A stretch of DNA of 39,611 bases, from IMG/VR virus record IMGVR_UViG_3300031965_000082, positions 1 through 39,611 of that record; one strand, written 5' to 3'. The notes below the pieces were generated by a model. The model ran no database searches. It saw only the letters and a program-made list of their open reading frames with translations, and had not been told where the DNA came from. A program made the position numbers and the translations under genes. Source of the DNA: a virus (taxonomy: Duplodnaviria > Caudoviricetes). Shown one piece after another: positions 9,366 to 18,150 of the stretch (positions are counted from its first letter, which is position 1; each line of letters opens with the position of its first letter).

Positions 9366-10280
9366 CTATTTGCGCTCCAGTAGCAACAACACCGTCCGCT
9401 CCTGCTCAAAGCGGGCCCGGCGTTTAGCGGTGTCGGTACCAGGGATAACCGGCACCAGCGCGCAACGGCAATTGATGCCGTCCGTCATTTTGATCTGCTG
9501 CGCCCGCTCCCGCGTCATCACAACGCCGTGGACCTCGGCATGGCTGTGCCGCACCCGGCTATCCCGGGCGGTAATCCAGCGCGTCTCGATATCCTCCCCG
9601 GTCTCCTCGCTGGCCCGTGCAATTTCCGCCAGACTGGCCCGGCTGTACGCCTGGTTGGTCTCGGTCTGCGCGATGGTGCGGGCGCGCAACGCGGACACCT
9701 CGATGCGCTCAGTGATGCGGCGGGCAATCTCGCGTGGGTTTTGGCCCTGCTCTACGCCGTCGAACAGCACCTGGCGGGTCTGGCGCGACATAGCGTCGGT
9801 CCAGCCCTTGAGCGACGTATAGCTGCGCTGAAACAGAAACTCCAGGGCGTCGGTGTGCACCTGGCCCCCCGGTATGCCGCCGGTTGACAGTGTTGGGGTG
9901 GCGCTAAAGGTGGTCATGCCCTCCGCGGCCAGCCGCTCCGCTGCGGTGGGCGTAATCGGCGCGCCTTGCGCCATAAGCGCGTCGCGTACCTGCTGTAGCC
10001 CGCGCTCATAGCTCTGTAGCTGGTACTGCGCCTGCCAGTTAGGTGGCTCCGCGCCCGCCAGCAATAGCCGGTTAATCTCCCGCTCAACAAACGCCATGTA
10101 TGTGCGCTGCTGTGACGCACTCATCACAAACGGGTCCGCCTCAGCGTTGACGACCAGCTGCGGTGTCTCCAGGAGGCGCGCTATAACGGTGCGCTCAAAC
10201 TCACGCCAGCGCCGGGCGATGTCGCGTAACCAGGCGCGCTCAATAGCGCGGGTGCGGGTCGGATCCCGGCTAATTGCCAC
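9366..10280 (-). CDS. Head morphogenesis / minor head protein (SPP1 gp7, MuF-like)
   Basis: RARTIAQTE, RW.TARDSRVRHSH and INCRC motifs. Confidence 0.88.
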   Translation of the reverse strand: MAISRDPTRTRAIERAWLRDIARRWREFERTVIARLLETPQLVVNAEADPFVMSASQQRTYMAFVEREINRLLLAGAEPPNWQAQYQLQSYERGLQQVRDALMAQGAPITPTAAERLAAEGMTTFSATPTLSTGGIPGGQVHTDALEFLFQRSYTSLKGWTDAMSRQTRQVLFDGVEQGQNPREIARRITERIEVSALRARTIAQTETNQAYSRASLAEIARASEETGEDIETRWITARDSRVRHSHAEVHGVVMTRERAQQIKMTDGINCRCALVPVIPGTDTAKRRARFEQERTVLLLLERK

Positions 10281-10286
10281 CGGCCG

Positions 10287-11696
10287 CTACTCCTCGGGCT
10301 CTGGTTCCGGCTCCAGCTCCGGCGGCTCATCGGCGGGCAGCTCCAGGTCGTCCAGCTTAATGCCGGACAGGCCGACAGAGGTAAAGGCGCTGTCCAGGTC
10401 GACTCGATCCCCGCCGAGCATCGCTGTAGCAGACATCACCTTGTGCAGCGTATCGGCGCGCTTGTTGCCTACCTCAGCCTCCTGCGCCTCGGTGCTGGCC
10501 TGCTGCGGCGGAAATACGACATACCACTCCGGCTTGTACTCCAGCACACCGGCGCCACCCAGCACCTGCAGCACGGCCTGCACCCATGACACACAAATCA
10601 GCGTCTGGCGGTCGGCGACCAGGTGGTTGTAGGCCAGTTGGTCCTCGCTGCCCGCCAGCTGCCCGGCGCCCTCCCCGGTCAGCACCCGCAACGGAATGCC
10701 GGTGTAGGCTGACACTTCCCACAGCGAGACCTTGACGGTATCGAGCGGCGAGTAGTGTGGCGTAGGCAGAGACTTGACCTTAGCGCCCGCTGCAACAGTG
10801 TGGTCTTGCCACTCGTTGGTGAATTTCTCCGCGCCCTCATCGAATTTGGCGCGCAGGGTCGGGTCATTGAGCAGGTCAGCGGCAAAATTGGGGTCGATCT
10901 CATAGCCGGTCTTACCGCGGGCATTGCGGAAGTAGGCTTCGCTGGCGCCGCCTGTTGCTTTCTCCAGGTCCAGGATGCGGTTAAACACCGGCTCCAGCGC
11001 GCCTAAGCCCTCGATATCGCTGTCCAGTGCGTTTTCCACCAGATGCACAACGCGGGAGTGGTGCACCCGCAGCGATTTGACGCGGCCCATGTCTTTATCG
11101 TTACTGTCGCGCAGGGTGCGCTGCAGCTGGTAAAGCAGAGGCAGGCCGTAGCGCGGGCTTCGCGTGTCGTTGTCATACTCCAGTATCTCAACGCCGTCAT
11201 ACGCGTATGGCTGGAAATACACCCGCTTGACGGGGTCGGAGCCCAACGCCTTGCCGGCGGGTTGGTGCAGCTCACGGCCGTCCGGGATCCCGACCAGCAG
11301 CACGCTAAACCGACCGATGCGCGCCAGGGTGTCAGCCCGCTCCAGCTTGCGCACCAGCCCGCGGTCAGCCAGGGCGCGCAGCTCATCGGCGGCCTGTATC
11401 GTCTTCTCGTCCTCTGGATCCGCGCGCAGCTCAAACCCATCACGCCAGCAGGACTTAGGGACGCCGTGCGTAATGCGGTTGGCGACACCCTGGCGGCCAG
11501 AGTACTGCCACATGCGTTGGAAGCCCGCATCGCCACCCAGGTCGGCCGGGTAGCCGTACACGTCGTACACGTCGCGCTTGCCGTCCTGCGACACACCCAG
11601 CATGGCGCCGATACGCTGAAACCAACGCGCAGTGCGGGTCATTGACTGGCTGTTGTAGGCCTTGACGGCCTGGCCGATGTCCACCACTTCGCTCAT
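10287..11696 (-). CDS. Portal protein (DUF1073-like)
   Basis: 469 aa directly after terL, with YGYP, SPRYGLP..Y, VHHSRV and GIPLRVLTG...G.LA...D motifs. Confidence 0.88.
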   Translation of the reverse strand: MSEVVDIGQAVKAYNSQSMTRTARWFQRIGAMLGVSQDGKRDVYDVYGYPADLGGDAGFQRMWQYSGRQGVANRITHGVPKSCWRDGFELRADPEDEKTIQAADELRALADRGLVRKLERADTLARIGRFSVLLVGIPDGRELHQPAGKALGSDPVKRVYFQPYAYDGVEILEYDNDTRSPRYGLPLLYQLQRTLRDSNDKDMGRVKSLRVHHSRVVHLVENALDSDIEGLGALEPVFNRILDLEKATGGASEAYFRNARGKTGYEIDPNFAADLLNDPTLRAKFDEGAEKFTNEWQDHTVAAGAKVKSLPTPHYSPLDTVKVSLWEVSAYTGIPLRVLTGEGAGQLAGSEDQLAYNHLVADRQTLICVSWVQAVLQVLGGAGVLEYKPEWYVVFPPQQASTEAQEAEVGNKRADTLHKVMSATAMLGGDRVDLDSAFTSVGLSGIKLDDLELPADEPPELEPEPEPEE

Positions 11697-11700
11697 GTCG

Positions 11701-12921
11701 TCACCATACCATTGCGCCCGATGCCTGTTTGATTAGCGGGGCCAGGGCGTAGCGCACGCCGTCCCACGTGTGGTTGTGCTTATCGATCAGCACCGGCAGC
11801 ACATCACCGGTCAGCCTGTCGCGCTTGTACTTCCACAGCCTCGCCTCGTCGATAGTATGCGTACATTCGACGTGGATGACAATCTCGCGAAATGACCGCA
11901 GTTTGCTGATACCGTCCTCCACGCTGCCTGGCCATTTGTCGACTGCTGTGACGCGCGGGTACAGGTGGCGCTGCAGATAGCTGATGTTCTCCGGCCTGGC
12001 GTTATCGGCCCGGACGACGTGCGCCTGCGCCCTCGGGTTACGGTCGTAAAACGCCGGGAGGTGGTCAGTCTCCACGCCGTGGCCGTACACCTCCCGGTAG
12101 ACGTACAGCACCTCGTCGTGGACGTAGCACTCCATGAGTGTGGTCGGGTCGGTGCTAAACCCCCAGTCACCGCCAAAGTACGGGCCGTCCCAGCGTGGCG
12201 ACGGCTCGAACTCATCCACGCGCCACTTGCCCGCCAGCACCTGGTCGTCCGATTTGGTGTTATAGCCCCCCTCCCATATGTGCGCATAGCCGTCCGGATC
12301 CCGGCGCAGCGCCTCCGCGGCCTCCGCGTCAACCACGGCGTCTCGGAACGGGTTGTCCTGGAAGTTGACATCAACCACGATACTGTCGCGCGGCTTGTTG
12401 GCCACCAGCAGGTCCTCGACAGGGTCATCGTCCTGGTCGGGGTTCCAGCTAAACCAGAGCTCCGACCCGGGGCCGCGTATCGTCGGTAGCAGTAGGTCGC
12501 GGGAGCGCAGGGACATGCGCTGCGCCTCCTCATACCAGGCTATCCGGAAATCCTCCAGCGACTTGATGCTGTCCGCGGTGTGGTCTTGCATGCCCTGGAA
12601 TATGATGATGCCGGGCGCGACGCCCTTGCCGCGGCGGCGGATCTCATTGTCCCGAATGTCGAACAGGTGGCTGACACCCAGTGAGCGTATTTTGGCATCG
12701 ATGAGGCGCTTGGCGCTGTAGCGCAGTGAGCGCTGTACCTCACGCAAGCAGACGCCAGCACAGTACGGATCCGCGACCGCCTCCTCGACCAGGCGCTCGG
12801 CAAAGAAGTGCGACTTGCCGCCGGACCGGCCACCCCGCGCCCCCTTGTAGCGGCTGGGCTGCAGTAGCGGCACAGCCCAGCGAGGCGTCTTAATGTGGAG
12901 CCGGCCGTCAGCCGTCAGCAT
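11701..12921 (-). CDS. terL: Terminase large subunit (PBSX/SPP1-like)
   Basis: Walker A GGRSGGKS, Walker B WYEEA, SWNP, nuclease DWGFSTDP and D..NH..DG.RYA; probable ATG at 12921. Confidence 0.93.
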   Translation of the reverse strand: MLTADGRLHIKTPRWAVPLLQPSRYKGARGGRSGGKSHFFAERLVEEAVADPYCAGVCLREVQRSLRYSAKRLIDAKIRSLGVSHLFDIRDNEIRRRGKGVAPGIIIFQGMQDHTADSIKSLEDFRIAWYEEAQRMSLRSRDLLLPTIRGPGSELWFSWNPDQDDDPVEDLLVANKPRDSIVVDVNFQDNPFRDAVVDAEAAEALRRDPDGYAHIWEGGYNTKSDDQVLAGKWRVDEFEPSPRWDGPYFGGDWGFSTDPTTLMECYVHDEVLYVYREVYGHGVETDHLPAFYDRNPRAQAHVVRADNARPENISYLQRHLYPRVTAVDKWPGSVEDGISKLRSFREIVIHVECTHTIDEARLWKYKRDRLTGDVLPVLIDKHNHTWDGVRYALAPLIKQASGAMVW

Positions 12922-13486
12922 CAGGGTCCACCACCTCGCGCGTAATCTGGATAACCGGCGGCGGGGCGTCCTTGCCGTCCTGGCCGACCGGTATTTTGGG
13001 CGGGGCGTCCCAGCCCAGCAGTTTAGCCAGCTGCTGGCGGGCCGGCGCTTTGGGCTCCAGCTTGATGATGAACTTGCCGTCCTTGCCCTCGCGTAACTCG
13101 ACAATAGCCGCCAGGTGGCGCGGATCGATGTCGCCCTGCTCTCTGAATGCCCAGATAGCCTGGCGATGCGTCTTGCCGGTGTCGTCGTCTCTCACGGTGA
13201 TGGTGCGGAACTCGATAAAGTCGGCCAGGTTGGTGTTGATCACGTTGCACAGATCCGCGACCAAATCCTCACGGGCCATCAGACCCCCCCGTAGCAGCTC
13301 CTCGTTGGCCTGCTTAATGGCTTGCGCTATCTCGGGGTGCTTGAGCAGTGTGGCCGCCATGCCGCCAACCGCGCCAGGCGTCATGCCCTCGGTGTCGTAC
13401 AGCGACGCCCGCAGCGCCTCACTGGGGCCTAAGCCGGCCAGAATTTTAGCGGCAAAGCTGATCATTTTGCGAGTGGGCACAGCCAC
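12908..13486 (-). CDS. terS: Terminase small subunit
   Basis: N-terminal HTH-like region (A..LLKHPEI), KL..K..A..QLAKLLG motif; upstream of terL; GTG start with GAGGG. Confidence 0.82.
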   Translation of the reverse strand: MAVPTRKMISFAAKILAGLGPSEALRASLYDTEGMTPGAVGGMAATLLKHPEIAQAIKQANEELLRGGLMAREDLVADLCNVINTNLADFIEFRTITVRDDDTGKTHRQAIWAFREQGDIDPRHLAAIVELREGKDGKFIIKLEPKAPARQQLAKLLGWDAPPKIPVGQDGKDAPPPVIQITREVVDPDADG

Positions 13487-13502
13487 GGTCTTAACCCTCA
13501 AT

Positions 13503-13538
13503 CCGTCAATTTAACGGTCCATTCCGTCATTTTAACGG
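13503..13538. promoter_or_regulatory. Two tandem CCGT-N7-ACGG palindromic boxes, 21 bp apart
   Basis: CCGTCAATTTAACGG at 13503-13517 and CCGTCATTTTAACGG at 13524-13538, just upstream of terS. Confidence 0.6.
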
Positions 13539-13567
13539 ATTGTACGGCAAAAACACGGATTCCGAGC

Positions 13568-13875
13568 AATGTTGCGCATCTTTTTAAAATGTTGCGCTTT
13601 GTAGCGCTTCTCAAAAAACCGTAAACCCGCGTCGTTACTGAGTTGTAGCGCAATGTTGCGCTGTAGCGCTTCTTTTTAGCTATATAGGCATATATTTTTC
13701 ATTTGTCCGAATATGATCACCTTTTATCCCTATTTCTTAATATATGCTTAAATTACTAAAAACTGAAAGAAGCGCAACAATGCGCAACATAGCTTGTAAA
13801 TCAACGACTTACGCCCAAAAAGATGCGCAACAGAAGCGCTACAAAGCGCAACATTTTAAAAAGATGCGCAACATT
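13568..13875. other. Putative replication origin: perfect 44-bp inverted repeat plus iterons around an AT-rich core
   Basis: 13568-13611 is the exact reverse complement of 13832-13875. Six TGTWGCGC lie on the left and six GCGCWACA on the right. It sits near the primase-helicase gene. Confidence 0.72.
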
Positions 13876-13895
13876 TCTTTAAAATCAATGACTTA
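13799..13895 (+). promoter_or_regulatory. Two IHF consensus sites
   Basis: AATCAACGACTTA (13799-13811) and AATCAATGACTTA (13883-13895) both match WATCAANNNNTTR. Confidence 0.62.
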
Positions 13896-13922
13896 GCTCT
13901 CGCGGGTAACTGTTATGCGTGC

Positions 13923-13951
13923 TTGACAGCCTGCCAGGTAACGGTTACTAT
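13923..13951 (+). promoter_or_regulatory. Sigma70 promoter with overlapping palindromic operator
   Basis: TTGACA-17-TACTAT, with GTAACGGTTAC at 13938-13948. Confidence 0.8.
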
Positions 13952-14000
13952 GGCTACAGGGTCGCAAAGGGCGGCCCACCGCAGAGACAGGAGCAACATC

Positions 14001-14099
14001 ATGCTCGCCCACCTTTACGCGCTCGGCCTCACGCCGGGCGACGTGTTGCTAATTTGCGCCGGCGCGGTAGTCTGGCTGGCGTGGAACGGAGAGAACTGA
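14001..14099 (+). CDS. Small hydrophobic peptide, 32 aa (not in ORF track)
   Basis: CAGGAG RBS; MLAHLYALGLTPGDVLLICAGAVVWLAWNGEN; first ORF after the promoter. Confidence 0.55.
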   Translation: MLAHLYALGLTPGDVLLICAGAVVWLAWNGEN

Positions 14100-14100
14100 T

Positions 14101-14268
14101 ATGTCTGATTGGAAGCCCCTCGCTCGCTACCCTCGCCCCGCCCGACGCGAACGCGTCGTGATGTACTGCTATCTGCGCGTCAAGTGGGGCACCGGGCGCC
14201 GGTACCATCACGCCGTCGTGTGGGCCGCCAGGACAGCAGCGCGGCTCAAAAGGCGCCGTAACGCTTGA
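14101..14268 (+). CDS. Small basic protein, 55 aa (not in ORF track)
   Basis: GGAGAG RBS; starts 1 nt after the previous stop; MSDWKPLARYPRPARRERVVMYCYLRVKWG...RLKRRRNA. Confidence 0.55.
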   Translation: MSDWKPLARYPRPARRERVVMYCYLRVKWGTGRRYHHAVVWAARTAARLKRRRNA

Positions 14269-14323
14269 CACCGCACCGCCGCCCCCGGTAACCTCGCAGG
14301 CACAACAGGCATAACAGTCACTC
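14265..14323 (+). promoter_or_regulatory. Putative promoter with downstream 9-bp tandem repeats
   Basis: TTGACA-18-TAACCT, then CAGGCACAA CAGGCATAA CAGTCACTC at 14297-14323. Confidence 0.5.
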
Positions 14324-14335
14324 GGGGGAGAGGTC

Positions 14336-14533
14336 ATGCTACCGGCCACACGCTACGTCACGCCGCAGGAGGTAGCGGACCATTTCAGCGCCTCAGTGCG
14401 TACCATATACCGCATGATCGAGGACGGCACGCTACCAGCGGTGCGCCTCCGATCAGGCGACCGCCCCATGTACCGCATTTTGCGGTCCGCTGTCGAGGAC
14501 CTGGAGTTAGAGGCGAATAGTGCAGCTCGCTGA
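14336..14533 (+). CDS. Excisionase-like (HTH_17/MerR-fold) DNA-binding protein
   Basis: YVTPQEVADHFSASVRTIYRMIEDGTLPA...YRI signature; strong RBS. Confidence 0.85.
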   Translation: MLPATRYVTPQEVADHFSASVRTIYRMIEDGTLPAVRLRSGDRPMYRILRSAVEDLELEANSAAR

Positions 14534-16976
14534 GCAGCTCCACGCCGCGGGGCTGACGTGCTTCCCCTGCTACGCGGACAAGGGCCCAGCGGTACCGCGC
14601 GGCGAGGATTGGCGTGTTGTCGCCCACCAAGCGCCGCGCGCGCTGCGCTGGCCCTCTGGCATTGTCGGCGTCCCGGTGCCCGACGGCATTGTCATTATCG
14701 ACCTGGACACGTACAAAGGCGTCACGCGCGCCGCTGTCGAGGAGCTGGTCGGCCACTCGATACCGTGGGACGCCGCCCTGCTGCAGCACAGCCTGCAAGG
14801 CGGCCAGCACTACGGCTTCCGCGCACCCCTCTGGCCGGTAAGCTTCGGCAGCAGCTTTGCCGAGGATCAGATAGGGCCCGGCCTCGACACCCGCACAGGC
14901 GGTAAGAGCTACGTCGCGACCGGTGCCGGCTACACGCCGCACGGCGCCGGGCTGTTCCGCCTCGCCGCCCCGGCCAGCCTGCCCGTGCTGCCCGACGCCT
15001 TCCGGGCCATCCTGGAGCACGGCGGCGGTCCGCGCCCTGAGTTACCCCCCTCAACAGCCAGCGCCGCAGTGGATCCCGACACGGTACGCGGTGCGCTGCG
15101 CCACCTGGATCCCGGCTGTACGCGTACCGACTGGGTACGCATCGGCTTGGCTATCCGCGCTGGATTTTCGCATGACGAGGCGACCGGGTATCAGCTGTTC
15201 GAAGAGTGGAGCGCGGGAGAGTTGTGGCCCGGTGGTTGCCCCGACAACTATCAGCCCGACGGCGGCGGCAGCGCGGCCCACCAATTCAGCACCTTCAAGC
15301 CCGAGGGCGACGTGCATATCGGGACGCTGTTTTACGCCGCTATCAATGCCGGATGGTCACCGCCCACCAGCGCGCTGGTCGATACCGCTGCAGCGTTCGG
15401 CCCCGGCGCCGCCGACAGCCTGGACTTCGGCGCGCTGCTGGACCGCATACAAGCCGAGGGCGGCAACCCGCGCAACACCAACGACTTGGCAGAGGCCATT
15501 CTAGGTCTGCAGTGCAATGCGCTCCAGCGGGCCACACTGACCGCTGTACTGCAACGTGAGCTGCGCGAGGCGGGTCTGCGCAGCACCAAGCTTAACCGCG
15601 CTGTAGAGCCCGTCACGGCGCAGATGGGCCCCTACGGCCGCAACCACACCGTCAACGCCAAAACCTTTATCGATGACCGGTACCCCGGCGGGACGCTGAT
15701 CCGGTCACAGCAGGAGTTTTACGCCTACACCGGCCAGATATGGCGCCCCCTGGCGGACGACAGCATCGCGGCTCAAATAGGCAAGTGCATGCTGATGAGC
15801 GCGCCGCAACACAGCACTGTCACTGGCAGCGCGTCCATGGTCGCCAATATCTGCCACAGCGACGAGGATCCGCCGGGGCACCACTCGCCGGGCGTCATCG
15901 TGTACCGCAACGGCGCGTTGCGCCTGAGCGACCGGGTGCTGGCGCCGCACAGCATGGAGTACCGCACCACGTGCCTGTTGCCTTACGACTATGCGCCGGC
16001 GGCGCAGTGCCCCATGTGGCTACGGTTTCTGCTGGACGCTTTCAGCGGCGACCAGGAGCGCGTCGACCTACTGCAAGAGTGGATGGGGTACATGCTGTCG
16101 CCGGGGTATGAGTTTCACAAGGTACTGCTGCTGCTGGGTGCGCCGCGGTCCGGCAAAGGCACCATCGGCCGGATGCTTGAGCAACTGGTCGGGGTGGATA
16201 ATTTTACCGGCGGCAGCCTGCAGGACTTCGCCAACAGCTCGGTGCTGGCTTTTTGGCGGCACAAAACCGTGCTGTTCGTGGGCGATGCGCAGAGCACCCT
16301 GCCGCGCAGTGTGCGGGACACCGTCATAGAGCGGCTAAAACAGGTGACGGGCGGCGACAAGATAGCGTTTGACCGCAAGTTCAAGTCCGCTGTCAGCACA
16401 TCACTACCGACCCGCATCACCATCGCCGCCAACAGTTTGCCTAAGCTGTTCGACGACAGCGGGGCGCTGGCCGGGCGCTTGATGCCGCTGCCAATCGACG
16501 GGAGCCACGCCGGCCGGGAGGATCACGGACTGTTCGACCGCCTGGCCACAGAGATAGAGGGCGTCGCCATGTGGGCGTTGGCGGGCCGCGAACGGCTTAT
16601 GGCGCAGGGCCGCTTTACGGAGCCCAGCGAGTGCACTAGCGAGGCGCAGTATATCGCGGAGACCTACAGCCCGGTGCAGGCCTTTCTAAGCGACTACGCC
16701 GAGTACACGCCCGGCGTAGCGGTATCGAGTACCGAGCTGTACACCGCCTACCTGCAGTGGACCGCGACCGGTGACGGCGACGGCCGCCGCATGACACAGC
16801 GTCAGCTCACCGCTGCGGTCAAGGATGCCGGTGCCGCGCACGGCGTCAAGTACCGCAGCGGTATCCGGGACAAGGATGGCGTATTCCGGGGTTTCGTCGG
16901 CATGACAGTGACGGCGCCTGTCGCAGCCGCCTTCACCAGCAACGTGACGCCTATTGACCGTCACCGGGGCGCATAG
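14520..16976 (+). CDS. Primase-polymerase / PriCT-2 / P4-D5-type SF3 helicase
   Basis: Prim-Pol FPC, IDLD and GGQH; PriCT-2 region DWVRIGLA..WS; LLQEWMGY; Walker A GAPRSGKGT; KQVTGGD. Confidence 0.9.
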   Translation: MQLAEQLHAAGLTCFPCYADKGPAVPRGEDWRVVAHQAPRALRWPSGIVGVPVPDGIVIIDLDTYKGVTRAAVEELVGHSIPWDAALLQHSLQGGQHYGFRAPLWPVSFGSSFAEDQIGPGLDTRTGGKSYVATGAGYTPHGAGLFRLAAPASLPVLPDAFRAILEHGGGPRPELPPSTASAAVDPDTVRGALRHLDPGCTRTDWVRIGLAIRAGFSHDEATGYQLFEEWSAGELWPGGCPDNYQPDGGGSAAHQFSTFKPEGDVHIGTLFYAAINAGWSPPTSALVDTAAAFGPGAADSLDFGALLDRIQAEGGNPRNTNDLAEAILGLQCNALQRATLTAVLQRELREAGLRSTKLNRAVEPVTAQMGPYGRNHTVNAKTFIDDRYPGGTLIRSQQEFYAYTGQIWRPLADDSIAAQIGKCMLMSAPQHSTVTGSASMVANICHSDEDPPGHHSPGVIVYRNGALRLSDRVLAPHSMEYRTTCLLPYDYAPAAQCPMWLRFLLDAFSGDQERVDLLQEWMGYMLSPGYEFHKVLLLLGAPRSGKGTIGRMLEQLVGVDNFTGGSLQDFANSSVLAFWRHKTVLFVGDAQSTLPRSVRDTVIERLKQVTGGDKIAFDRKFKSAVSTSLPTRITIAANSLPKLFDDSGALAGRLMPLPIDGSHAGREDHGLFDRLATEIEGVAMWALAGRERLMAQGRFTEPSECTSEAQYIAETYSPVQAFLSDYAEYTPGVAVSSTELYTAYLQWTATGDGDGRRMTQRQLTAAVKDAGAAHGVKYRSGIRDKDGVFRGFVGMTVTAPVAAAFTSNVTPIDRHRGA

Positions 16977-17024
16977 ACCTCCGGCACCCCGTGCGGTACG
17001 ATGGTCGACGGGGGAGGGCTGTAT

Positions 17025-17423
17025 ATGACGGCAAGCGGAGTGGTGGGTAAATTTCTGGAGTTGCACCCCAACGTGGTGTTGCTTCTCATTCTTATCACAG
17101 GCGGGACCGGGGGCGTGGTGCTCAACCCGTTTGTGCTGTCACAGGAGTACCAGCAAGACCAGACCGACAACGCGCGGCGACTCTCATCTGTAGAGTATGA
17201 GCTGTGCCAGTTCCGCAACCAGCAAGCCCGCGCCAACGCTGACGCCACTATCCGACAGCTCAACGCCCTGATATGGGACCTACAGCGCGCGGTCGACACG
17301 GAAGGTCTTGCCGCTGAAATGCGCGACATACGGATGCTTAACGACGCCCGATCAGATAAAGAGACCGCCGAGGCGCTACGTGGTCGCCTGCTGCGGGTCA
17401 CGTGTAAGTACAACAATGAGTAG
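17025..17423 (+). CDS. Single-TM, coiled-coil membrane protein
   Basis: GGAGGG RBS; VVLLLILITGGTGGVVL followed by a helical tail. Confidence 0.62.
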   Translation: MTASGVVGKFLELHPNVVLLLILITGGTGGVVLNPFVLSQEYQQDQTDNARRLSSVEYELCQFRNQQARANADATIRQLNALIWDLQRAVDTEGLAAEMRDIRMLNDARSDKETAEALRGRLLRVTCKYNNE

Positions 17424-17862
17424 CCCGCTGGCGTACCCATACTGGCGGCAGCACCACGAAGGGCCGGCCCGCTTTGAGCTGCTGCGGGACTTCACATTTA
17501 CCGACAGCCTGCGCCGGCACCACATACGACCCTCGCCAGGCGGCGTGGCGTCGCTCACATGCGGGGGCCTGCTGACAATCCGCGCAGGATACCGGTGGGA
17601 CTTGGGGACACACGCCATTGACGACCCGGCCATGATCGTGGCCAGTCTGGAGCACGACCTGTACTGCGACCTGGTTACACTGGGCGCGCTACCCGCCGCA
17701 GTACGACCGTCAGTCGACGCGATATTCCGCCGCCGTCTGCAGCAGTACAGCCGCTCCGGGTGGGGGCGCGCATGGGCCTGGACGCGATGGGCCGGCGTGG
17801 TGCTCTACCGCCGCGTGAAGCGCCACACCACGTACACCACCAGCGGCCCGGCGAGCAACTGA
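17416..17862 (+). CDS. DUF1353-like protein
   Basis: LTIRAGYRWD, ASLEHD.Y, VD.IFRR.L and WAGV motifs. Confidence 0.72.
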   Translation: MSSPLAYPYWRQHHEGPARFELLRDFTFTDSLRRHHIRPSPGGVASLTCGGLLTIRAGYRWDLGTHAIDDPAMIVASLEHDLYCDLVTLGALPAAVRPSVDAIFRRRLQQYSRSGWGRAWAWTRWAGVVLYRRVKRHTTYTTSGPASN

Positions 17863-17889
17863 GCCGCCAACCACAGCACCGCTATCAGC

Positions 17890-18150
17890 TCAGGACTCAC
17901 CGCGGTCACCCAGCGGAGGTATAAGCGGGGACCAGGAGCGCGTGTCGCCAGTGCTGCAAATGTACACTGCCCCGTCGCTGCTCAACCCCAACAAGCTGTG
18001 CGTCATGGGTGCTATCGTAATCTGCACTATGGTGGGCTCATCGCCGTACGCCTCCAGCTGGTCCGCCGCGTCTATTAGCTCCCGGGTAAGCCCCGGGTCG
18101 CAGCCTATGTGGTCCGCCGCAGCACGCAGTAGGTCTTCAATTTTACGCAT
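17890..18150 (-). CDS. Hypothetical protein
   Basis: 86 aa with GGAGG RBS; last gene of the leftward accessory operon. Confidence 0.65.
   Translation of the reverse strand: MRKIEDLLRAAADHIGCDPGLTRELIDAADQLEAYGDEPTIVQITIAPMTHSLLGLSSDGAVYICSTGDTRSWSPLIPPLGDRGES

Noticed and set aside
10287-11696. Anti-CBASS Acb1 label sometimes attached to DUF1073 proteins
   Set aside because: Size and position between terL and gp7 identify it as the portal.
12922-13104. Upstream extension of the terL frame (possible terS-terL fusion)
   Set aside because: It is a low-complexity shadow of terS with no clear slippery site. ATG 12921 gives a normal TerL.
13568-13875. Protelomerase target, transposon ends or recombinase-driven invertible switch
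   Set aside because: The arms are separated by 220 bp, and no protelomerase, transposase or invertase gene is present. The iteron layout fits an origin better.
14336-14533. Evidence for an integrating temperate lifestyle
   Set aside because: No integrase, CI-type repressor or partition genes were found.
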